From IMG/VR virus record IMGVR_UViG_3300028883_000007, positions 1 to 64,000 of that record: a DNA stretch of 64,000 bases; one strand, given 5' to 3'. This DNA is from a virus. The notes under the pieces are model-generated. The model ran no database searches and had not been told where the DNA came from. It saw nothing but the letters and a program-made list of their open reading frames with translations. This document shows, piece after piece, positions 25,197 to 31,908 of this stretch (within the stretch, counting starts at the first letter, position 1; each line of letters begins with the position of its first letter). The position numbers and the translations under genes were made by a program.

Positions 25197-26576
25197 TCAC
25201 CACACTCCAATTCTACCTGTATTGTGAAGAACAAAATAGCCGCCTGACAAGGAGTCAATTATATCCATATGCCCTTTATCAGTACCATCAAATGACTCCG
25301 CCTTATCCAAGAATTTTTTATTCCAAGGCCCCCGAAGCAGTTTCACTCTACCATGCTCCGCTTGTGCCGAAACAGGTTTAGCCCTTGTGGCTTTACTTTC
25401 CCGCACCACATTTATCTTCACATTAAACTGGGGCAGTAAATCCAAATATGACTCCGCCTCTGCCTTACCTGCCTGTCCCGGGTCTTGCTCTATGCCCACC
25501 ATACAATCTATGCCGTCCTGTATGGCATAATTTTTCACAGTGTTTCTCACTTTGGCAGGAGTACCCCGAAACTCCTCTACATGCTCAATAAAAGTTATCC
25601 CGGAGGCTTCATGATAAGACTGCTTAAGCCCTGCGGTAAAACTGGGGTCGTTATCTGGAGTGGACTCTGTTGCTGCCCGATCCCAATAACGTATTGTCTC
25701 CAGTTCATTACGGGGAGGCAATACATCCACAATTTCAAACCAGCCCCTCTGAAAGAACAAACCAGCAACAGGCCTTACATCCCAATTTCCCCCCAGCAAC
25801 CGCTCCCGGTCTACTTTGGGCATTGCCATAAGGTTTGCCAAGTACTCCGGGTTGTTTTGCATTAAGATTTTGTTATCGTATACATCACTTTTTATAAAGG
25901 TAAAAGATTTAGGGCGAATCATCTGGTTGCCATTATCATCGTAATGGCCATACTTTTTAATCAAGTACTCCGGGGTATTTGCCCAAATCACCTCATCGTT
26001 TAAAGTGATAAAATAACGGATTACTCCCGAACGTTCCTCAATTGCAAAACCGTCCTCACCTATCCACCAATCAATAAAACCCCGGACCCAGCTATCAGGG
26101 TCAGGGTTACAAGTTCCCCTCATGTATGGGCGAATACCACAAAGACTCCGGTTCCGGGAAAGCATGTAGGTAAATTGGCCCCAGCTAAAATGAGTTATCT
26201 CATCAAAACCAAAAAAGGGAACCTGTGCTCCCTGCCAACCTGTTTTATGCTTTTCATGTTGTAAATGAGCAAAACGTACTCTGGCCCCATAAGGAAAAAT
26301 ATACCGCAATTTATTTTCATTAGGTTTGGCCCCCAACCCCGGATATATTTCGGCTGCGGTATCCCATAAGCCGCCTTCATTTGTTACCTGAGTTGACTCC
26401 CGCCTAAAAATAACAGCAAAGAAATTCGGGTTTTCATGGTGGCGCAAGGGCTCAATTAACAGGGCATAAGTTTTCCCGCCCCCAGCAGCACCACCATAAA
26501 AAGCAATATCAGCCGGAGTACTTAAAAAGGCGGTTTGCGGTCCGGGCTGGGGTTTTATAATGGTGCTTTGGGCCAT
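25197..26576 (-). CDS. terL: Terminase large subunit
   Basis: Walker A is YGGAAGGGKTYAL and Walker B is VPFFGFDEITHF. The size (459 aa) includes a C-terminal nuclease-like half. Confidence 0.9.
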   Translation of the reverse strand: MAQSTIIKPQPGPQTAFLSTPADIAFYGGAAGGGKTYALLIEPLRHHENPNFFAVIFRRESTQVTNEGGLWDTAAEIYPGLGAKPNENKLRYIFPYGARVRFAHLQHEKHKTGWQGAQVPFFGFDEITHFSWGQFTYMLSRNRSLCGIRPYMRGTCNPDPDSWVRGFIDWWIGEDGFAIEERSGVIRYFITLNDEVIWANTPEYLIKKYGHYDDNGNQMIRPKSFTFIKSDVYDNKILMQNNPEYLANLMAMPKVDRERLLGGNWDVRPVAGLFFQRGWFEIVDVLPPRNELETIRYWDRAATESTPDNDPSFTAGLKQSYHEASGITFIEHVEEFRGTPAKVRNTVKNYAIQDGIDCMVGIEQDPGQAGKAEAESYLDLLPQFNVKINVVRESKATRAKPVSAQAEHGRVKLLRGPWNKKFLDKAESFDGTDKGHMDIIDSLSGGYFVLHNTGRIGVW

Positions 26577-26577
26577 A

Positions 26578-26913
26578 TTAATTTATCCTCACCAAACCAG
26601 CATTTTTCATTTGTTGGGCATTGTACTCCGAATCAGGCATATGCCCAACAGGGCTTAGGCTACCCTCTCCCGTGAAAACCTCTTCAAGTTGAAAATTGGG
26701 AAGCACAACAGCCCCACAAATTTCCAGCTTGGCAGGGTAACAGGTAATTTCAGCAGTCACCAATTCATTAGCTCCACCATGTATGGTAAAATCAACAACC
26801 CCCTGCAAAGGGTATTCATTACCCTGTTCATCAATCACGAAAAGTAATACATCGTGACCAGTTTTGGGGCCTTGGCCCTTTGTGGTTTTAATTCCTATTT
26901 GCATAGCTGGCAC
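26578..26913 (-). CDS. Hypothetical protein (GTG start) between terS and terL
   Basis: 111-aa ORF ending 1 nt before the terL start. No motif recognised. Confidence 0.45.
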   Translation of the reverse strand: MPAMQIGIKTTKGQGPKTGHDVLLFVIDEQGNEYPLQGVVDFTIHGGANELVTAEITCYPAKLEICGAVVLPNFQLEEVFTGEGSLSPVGHMPDSEYNAQQMKNAGLVRIN

Positions 26914-26946
26914 CTATTCCAAATTCGCGTTTTAAGGCCCCTAATC

Positions 26947-26982
26947 GGCCCAAATTTCAACGATCGTTTTCAGGTATATAAC
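26947..26982 (+). promoter_or_regulatory. Copy F (degenerate) of the bipartite motif, plus-sense inside the minus-strand operon
   Basis: GGCCCAAATTTCAACG - 12 nt - TATATAAC. Same architecture as copies A, B and D. Confidence 0.3.
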
Positions 26983-27060
26983 CATATGAGGGGCCTCACG
27001 ATCGCCCAATTTTGAGCAAATAAATCGGGGTCACTGTCAACCCCAGTAAAATCAGGCCTT

Positions 27061-27125
27061 CACAGCGATTTTTTTCTCGCTGATTTTCGACAATTTTCGC
27101 TGATTTTTGCCGATTTTTGATTTCC
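27061..27125. repeat. Phased T-tract / (C)GATTTTT direct repeats (candidate bent DNA, pac or TerS-binding region)
   Basis: gcgattttttt, gctgattttcg, cgctgatttttg and ccgatttttga recur at roughly 10-20-bp spacing, just downstream of terS. They are flanked by inverted repeats AGGCCCCT/AGGGGCCT (about 26935 and 26990) and two CGATCG palindromes. Confidence 0.4.
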
Positions 27126-27157
27126 ATATCCATAATTTGGCCTGTAACCTATTGATA

Positions 27158-27967
27158 TCACTCAGCTTCTATTTCTTCCCGCCCATTGTCCGGCATGTAA
27201 ATATGCACATTATGCTCAACAGGGCCACCATCTTTTCCAGTAACTTCAACCGCCTTACGGTCGTGCCAGTTGTCCGGGTCACGATTTTTAAGCCAAAAGG
27301 CAATAGCGCCAACATCTGGGGGCAGGGCTTTTTCACTTATCGTTTCCTCATCCAAGACCACTATGTATTCCCCTGTTGGGTTGCCCTCTGCATCCCGTTC
27401 CTTCACCCTTTTAAATTTTTTGCTGGTTTCTGTATACCTGTACCCTGTTGCCTTGGCTTTTAAGCTTTTTTCAATTAAGCTGCCATCAAATGCCGCCTTT
27501 CCTTCTTTTAAGGCACTATCAAAGTTGGGGTATGTATCACGCCACCTTTTAAGGCATGCTGTAGTGGTATTAAAGGCTTGTGCAAGCTCATCATTGGTTA
27601 AACCATGAACTTTGCATAATATTTTCACAATGTTATCATATTCCGGTTTATAACTGGTAGGTCTACCCATACGAGTGGGGTTGCCTTGCTTGTCCCGGTT
27701 TAACAGGGTTATGGCTTTTACTTGTTTTTTATCATAATGGTCAATTTCACCTATATTGGGTAGGGGCTTTGTTTTGCGTTTACGGTATGGGTTGTTGGTG
27801 GGGTAGCTGGAGCTGTTTATATGGTGGCCATTACGTTTAGTGCGTTTACGGGGTTTGGGTTGTTTGTTTTTCATTTTTTTCGTGTCCCTATAGGGCTTAA
27901 ATGAGCATAATGAATATGATTCAGGGTTATTTAGGTTAATTGGTAAAAAAATATTTATTTTTTTCAA
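27158..27967 (-). CDS. terS: Terminase small subunit (HTH type)
   Basis: GRPTSYKPEYDNIVKILCKVHGLTNDELAQAFNTTTACLKRWRDTYPNFDSALKEGKAAFDGSLIEKSLKAKATGY fits the common TerS HTH pattern. The true start may be M32 (27874). Confidence 0.6.
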   Translation of the reverse strand: MKKINIFLPINLNNPESYSLCSFKPYRDTKKMKNKQPKPRKRTKRNGHHINSSSYPTNNPYRKRKTKPLPNIGEIDHYDKKQVKAITLLNRDKQGNPTRMGRPTSYKPEYDNIVKILCKVHGLTNDELAQAFNTTTACLKRWRDTYPNFDSALKEGKAAFDGSLIEKSLKAKATGYRYTETSKKFKRVKERDAEGNPTGEYIVVLDEETISEKALPPDVGAIAFWLKNRDPDNWHDRKAVEVTGKDGGPVEHNVHIYMPDNGREEIEAE

Positions 27968-28124
27968 TAATATAGGGATTTTGATGAGAGATAAAGCATT
28001 TAAATCATTATAATTTCACTCAAGAATAACATTATGTAATAGTTTTGGTTGTTTGTATAACTTTTATTTGGTTTATTTTCTTTATTTTCCATAGTACAAA
28101 GGGGTTAAGTTTGATTGATTAATT

Positions 28125-28400
28125 GGTTGGGAGGCACAGGGGAAACGGTGCCAGCAAGTAAACCCCATTAAAAACATCCCAGCCCAAGCGACCACCCCGA
28201 CCAAATAGGACGGGCTCCCGCCCCACAAGCTGGGCTGACCGCGAAAGGAGGTGAAACCAACAAGGTCACAAGCCCAGCCGGATAACGGCCCCAGTTACCA
28301 ATAACGGTACAAAGGGATTTCCTAAGTGGTGCGAAACGCGCGGGATTTGGGGTTGCCTCTGCCTAATAGGTAAGCGAACTGGATAACAAGGTGCCTTTAC
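28125..28400 (+). ncRNA. GC-rich, helix-rich island in the divergent intergenic region (candidate structured RNA, or a cos/pac-type DNA element; strand uncertain)
   Basis: This is a sharp local GC rise inside a 500-bp AT-rich non-coding gap. Helices seen include GGCAC/GTGCC (28133/28148), GCTGGGCTGACC...GGTCACAAGCCCAGC (28229-28278) and GCCG-GATAA-CGGC (28277-28289). No ORF or start codon follows the AAAGGAGGTGA at 28244-28254. Confidence 0.3.
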
Positions 28401-28469
28401 TTGTTTGGGCTTATTTAATTTCAAAATACTTTTTGGGCTTAAATAAACCTAAACCACAAAGGAGAAAAA

Positions 28470-28652
28470 ATGATATACGCAAAATCAAAAAACCGAGTAG
28501 CATGGTTAATTAATGGGGAAATTTTTATAGCCCCCATTAATGCAGTATTAGATATTAATGGTTTGCCAATGGGTTCAAGATGGGAGTGTAGTTTAAACCA
28601 TTGGGAACGGTATGCAAGTACAGTGTATCCTGATTTTAAAAATGAACACTAA
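28470..28652 (+). CDS. Hypothetical early protein
   Basis: 60-aa ORF, the first gene of the plus-strand block. RBS is AAAGGAGAAAAAATG. Confidence 0.5.
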   Translation: MIYAKSKNRVAWLINGEIFIAPINAVLDINGLPMGSRWECSLNHWERYASTVYPDFKNEH

Positions 28653-28671
28653 TAACCACAAAGGAGAAAAA

Positions 28672-28857
28672 ATGGAAGACGAAAAAAACCCAACTTTTAT
28701 TTTTGCGATGACAGATACCGAACTTTTGGTTAAGGCGGTTAACGGTGAAATTGATTTAAACGCTTTGGCCAAAAAACAATTGGCCAACAGGGGTTTGGAT
28801 AAAAAAGGTGTTTGGGTGGGTTTTGCACAGGCCAAAAAACAATTGAAAGGAGAATAA
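28672..28857 (+). CDS. Hypothetical early protein
   Basis: The start is set at MEDEKN, preceded by AAAGGAGAAAAA. The longer ORF-track start overlaps the upstream gene. Confidence 0.5.
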   Translation: MEDEKNPTFIFAMTDTELLVKAVNGEIDLNALAKKQLANRGLDKKGVWVGFAQAKKQLKGE

Positions 28858-28860
28858 AAA

Positions 28861-29169
28861 ATGGGAGCTGTTATACTGCATTTGGAAATTAAAGGTAAAG
28901 ACGTCAACCGCATGAAAAAAACTTTTGAAAAAATTTGTAAGGCCGAACGCGAAGAATTTGGCCACCAAGAAGGCTATTGTGGGAGCTGGGGATACCATGT
29001 AGGCACTGCCCCTGTTAAAGCTTATGGCCCCGACCATGTGAAAAGGTGGACAAAGCGTAAAAAAGAAGATGCACAAGACTTTCTGGAGCAAATTGTGGAG
29101 AAATATGAACCACCCCGTTACATACAAACCACAAATTCATTTTTGATTTGCGCATGCATACCGGAATAA
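28861..29169 (+). CDS. Hypothetical early protein
   Basis: 102-aa ORF with an RBS (AAAGGAGAATAAAAA). No motif. Confidence 0.5.
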   Translation: MGAVILHLEIKGKDVNRMKKTFEKICKAEREEFGHQEGYCGSWGYHVGTAPVKAYGPDHVKRWTKRKKEDAQDFLEQIVEKYEPPRYIQTTNSFLICACIPE

Positions 29170-29253
29170 ATGCCGAAACGGCCCAGCACTTGGGCCGTCG
29201 TGGTCATGTTGGTTACTGGCCACCTGATGAGGCAAACCAAAAAGGAGGAAAAA

Positions 29254-29553
29254 ATGAGCAAAGACGTTCAAATTGGTGAAGGCGTTCAAATGACCACAAA
29301 GAGAATGACCCTGGATGAAACACACAAGCATTTAACTCACTTTTACAATACCGAATGGTACAAGTTTATTATTGTTTTTGACCCCTTTAAACCTGAAAAG
29401 CCAGTCATGAGGCGGCTATATAAAAAGGCTGGTGGCTTTTATGTAAGGCTTCACCACCAGAATGTTCCCCTTAACTGGTGCGAAAAAATTACTTTTTTTG
29501 AAAAAGGAAAACAAATAGGCACTCCGATTTACAAGTTTTATCCCAATATTTAA
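29254..29553 (+). CDS. Hypothetical early protein
   Basis: The start is set at MSKDVQ, preceded by AAAAAGGAGGAAAAA. Confidence 0.5.
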   Translation: MSKDVQIGEGVQMTTKRMTLDETHKHLTHFYNTEWYKFIIVFDPFKPEKPVMRRLYKKAGGFYVRLHHQNVPLNWCEKITFFEKGKQIGTPIYKFYPNI

Positions 29554-29572
29554 TTCAAAAGGAGGAAGCAAA

Positions 29573-29803
29573 ATGTTTGAAAAAGCAGAAAAACCTTTTT
29601 ACAAGGCAGGCGACACCGCTTGGATTTGGTACTGGAGCGAAAACCAAATTATTTCGGGAACAATTACCCAAGTCATCGTTCATAAAAATGGAGATATTAC
29701 TTACCAAATAAGCTCACTGCCAAACTGTGAATTTGATGAAGCTGAACTGTTTTCCACTTTTAAAGAAGTTTTAGAAGTTGCCCAGCTATGCAAACCACAA
29801 TAA
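29573..29803 (+). CDS. Hypothetical early protein
   Basis: 76-aa ORF with an RBS (AAAAGGAGGAAGCAAA). Confidence 0.5.
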   Translation: MFEKAEKPFYKAGDTAWIWYWSENQIISGTITQVIVHKNGDITYQISSLPNCEFDEAELFSTFKEVLEVAQLCKPQ

Positions 29804-29812
29804 AATCGGCCA

Positions 29813-29838
29813 GTCCCGGGTATGACTTTAAACTGCCC
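29813..29838 (+). promoter_or_regulatory. Early-region 26-bp motif, copy 1 (GTCCCGGGTATGACTTTAAACTGCCC)
   Basis: Intergenic, and 25/26 identical to 30213-30238. It lies about 90 nt upstream of the next ATG. Confidence 0.45.
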
Positions 29839-29928
29839 ACCCTTTGGTCTGGGGCTGTTACTGCCCCACTGATGATGGCCTACAGAGGGCCGAAACCAAT
29901 TTAACCTTAATTTGAAAGGAGCTTGGTT

Positions 29929-30204
29929 ATGAACCTTAACAAAAATGAAAAAGCTGCCCTGATTGCCCTTGTTAGAAGTTGTTTAGACGCTATGGGAGGG
30001 AAACACCCAAGCGACCTTTGGAATGATTTTTATGCATGGGTTGAACCTAGAGACTTGGTAGCTTATAGCAATTTTACCATTAATCAGGCCAAAGGTTATT
30101 TCTCCGATTTTGAAAAAAAGGGTTTGGTTATGGAGCACGAACCGGGTGAATGGTGCTTAACAGAATCCGCTGTTAAGCTGGCTGAAAGGGTTTGGCAAGA
30201 ATAA
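29929..30204 (+). CDS. Hypothetical early protein
   Basis: The ATG at 29929 is preceded by GAAAGGAG. The ORF track begins 6 nt earlier at an alternative start. Confidence 0.5.
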   Translation: MNLNKNEKAALIALVRSCLDAMGGKHPSDLWNDFYAWVEPRDLVAYSNFTINQAKGYFSDFEKKGLVMEHEPGEWCLTESAVKLAERVWQE

Positions 30205-30212
30205 TCCTCTTG

Positions 30213-30238
30213 GTCCCGGGCATGACTTTAAACTGCCC
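30213..30238 (+). promoter_or_regulatory. Early-region 26-bp motif, copy 2 (GTCCCGGGCATGACTTTAAACTGCCC)
   Basis: Intergenic if the next gene starts at 30249. The TTTAAAC ends 17 nt before that ATG. Confidence 0.45.
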
Positions 30239-30248
30239 GGAGAAAAAA

Positions 30249-30476
30249 ATGGCTTACAAAATAACCCTCACAGATGAAGAAGGTATTGTAATTGGCCAAT
30301 ATGATATTGGCACTTTTGAAGAATTTCAAAAGGTGGATTGGGAGGATTTGGAAAGCGAACCACCTTGCGACTATTATATTGAAAATATGGATACCGATTT
30401 AAATGATTTGGCAGAGCAAATACTAAACGATATTAAAGCCAGTGAAGAGTACGACGAAACCATGAAAAATAAATAG
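30249..30476 (+). CDS. Hypothetical acidic early protein
   Basis: The start is set at MAYKITL, preceded by GGAGAAAAAA. The product is strongly acidic. Confidence 0.5.
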   Translation: MAYKITLTDEEGIVIGQYDIGTFEEFQKVDWEDLESEPPCDYYIENMDTDLNDLAEQILNDIKASEEYDETMKNK

Positions 30477-30485
30477 GAGAAAAAT

Positions 30486-30818
30486 ATGCGATACCCAGAA
30501 ACAAACGCCTCAAAAGATGGCCTCAAAAGAATGACCGTTAATGTTGCTCACCGTATTGGACGCGAGGAAATGCGAATAGCAATGGGAGAGTTTATTGACC
30601 GCAAACTCAATTTTAATTTTCCGGATGAACTTTTAAAAGACCACGAAGAAGAAGTTTTGGCAGTGATAAGTAAAGCCGAAATTTTTAAAATGATGAAAGA
30701 ATGCCTTTATTGGAGTGGTGACGGCTTTTGGACCTATGCTGAATGCTGGCAATACGGAGACCAAATTGAGGCCTTCACGGAAAAATATGTTGATAAGTAC
30801 TTTCCTGAATTTGTTTAA
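30486..30818 (+). CDS. Hypothetical early protein
   Basis: 110-aa ORF with an RBS (TAGGAGAAAAAT). Confidence 0.5.
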   Translation: MRYPETNASKDGLKRMTVNVAHRIGREEMRIAMGEFIDRKLNFNFPDELLKDHEEEVLAVISKAEIFKMMKECLYWSGDGFWTYAECWQYGDQIEAFTEKYVDKYFPEFV

Positions 30819-30884
30819 TTGCTTTCCCTGCCCTTGGCTTTGGTCAAGGGTGGGCTAAAACAATTAACCATAAAGGAGGAAAAC

Positions 30885-30983
30885 ATGAAGACAAGAATTT
30901 ATCTTTTTTTGATGTTTCTGGGTTTTGGTTTCTGGATGGTTTTTAGTCTCATAACCTCTTTCGGATTAAAAGCAAGTTGGTAA
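30885..30983 (+). CDS. 32-aa hydrophobic micro-protein
   Basis: Hand-translated: MKTRIYLFLMFLGFGFWMVFSLITSFGLKASW. The RBS is strong (TAAAGGAGGAAAAC). Its stop overlaps the RBS of the sigma-like gene. It is below the ORF-track size cut-off. Confidence 0.4.
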   Translation: MKTRIYLFLMFLGFGFWMVFSLITSFGLKASW

Positions 30984-30994
30984 AAGGAGAAAAA

Positions 30995-31510
30995 ATGGAG
31001 GAGTATAAAAAATATGAAAAAATGATTTACAAATTGTCCTGGAAATATGCCCGTATAGGTTATCCACTTGATGAACTGGTTTCCGAAGCCAACTGGGCTT
31101 ATATGCGAGCCAAGAAAACCTTTAACCCCGATAAAGGCAAGTTCGGCACTCACCTTTACAACAGTATTAGGGGCCATTTGCACAATTTAACCAAGCCCTC
31201 CAATAACTCCTTTATCGAACTTGAACAAGAAGAAAGCCCAATAAAAATGAATAACTTTGCTGCTGGTGGCAACCCAGAAAAAAGAGTTATTTTAAAAGAC
31301 CAAATTGAAAAAGCTAATAATGATTGCACTGTAACTGTAAATTTAATTTTTCAAATGCCTCCAGAATTATACGCATTGTGCAATGAGGTAAGTTGCCCCA
31401 AACTAACAAAAAGGAGATTATATAGATACCTAAAAAATTATAAAGGATGGGAACACAAGAGAATAAAAAAAGCTTTAAACGAAATTGAAACAATTATGAG
31501 GAGTACATAA
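30995..31510 (+). CDS. Putative phage sigma factor (sigma-70 region 2-like)
   Basis: DELVSEANWAYMRAKKTFNPDKGKFGTHLYNSIRGHL resembles sigma-70 regions 2.1-2.3. A weak HTH-like C-terminus (LTKRRLYRYLKNYKGW) is present. The start is set at MEEYKK after AAAGGAGAAAAA. Confidence 0.45.
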   Translation: MEEYKKYEKMIYKLSWKYARIGYPLDELVSEANWAYMRAKKTFNPDKGKFGTHLYNSIRGHLHNLTKPSNNSFIELEQEESPIKMNNFAAGGNPEKRVILKDQIEKANNDCTVTVNLIFQMPPELYALCNEVSCPKLTKRRLYRYLKNYKGWEHKRIKKALNEIETIMRST

Positions 31511-31872
31511 TGCCAAAATACATGATTGAAATAAAAGATAATATGGCAAAAGATGAAGAGATAAAATTTTTAGATAAGGTTTGTATTGCTTATATGCAGG
31601 CCCCAGACAATTACCTGTACGATTTTTTTACCGGAGAAAATTGCAACTGGCTTAAAAACCATATCAGGAGTGATTTTTTTCCTCCCCTACCCTGGAAGAT
31701 GGAAGTTAAATTATCCGAAAAACAATTTGAAATTGACCGATTAAAAGCCCAAGTTGAAGACCTCCAAAAAGAAAATGTTGAACTAAAAACAAGAAACAAT
31801 CATTTAACCAAAAAACTGGAGGCAACCAATTTAAAAATCGAAAATGTTTGCAAGATTGTTGGAGCAATTTAA
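31510..31872 (+). CDS. Coiled-coil protein
   Basis: 120 aa with a C-terminal heptad region (IDRLKAQVEDLQKENVELKTRNNHLTKKLEATNLKIE). TAATG overlap with the upstream gene. Confidence 0.5.
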   Translation: MPKYMIEIKDNMAKDEEIKFLDKVCIAYMQAPDNYLYDFFTGENCNWLKNHIRSDFFPPLPWKMEVKLSEKQFEIDRLKAQVEDLQKENVELKTRNNHLTKKLEATNLKIENVCKIVGAI

Positions 31873-31908
31873 TTTTAAAATACCCACAAAACCGAAAGGA
31901 GCTGGGTC

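Noticed and set aside
28125-28400. Possible RNase P RNA or c-di-GMP-type riboswitch. Isolated words resemble them (GGTGCCAG, GTAAACCCCA, CCAAATAGG, ACAAGCCCAGCCGGATAAC; CACAGGGGAAACGG).
   Set aside because: The universally conserved RNase P P4 element (GAGGAAAGTCCGGGC-type) is absent and the region is far too short. The riboswitch resemblance is a single short word. It is kept only as an unclassified structured-element candidate.
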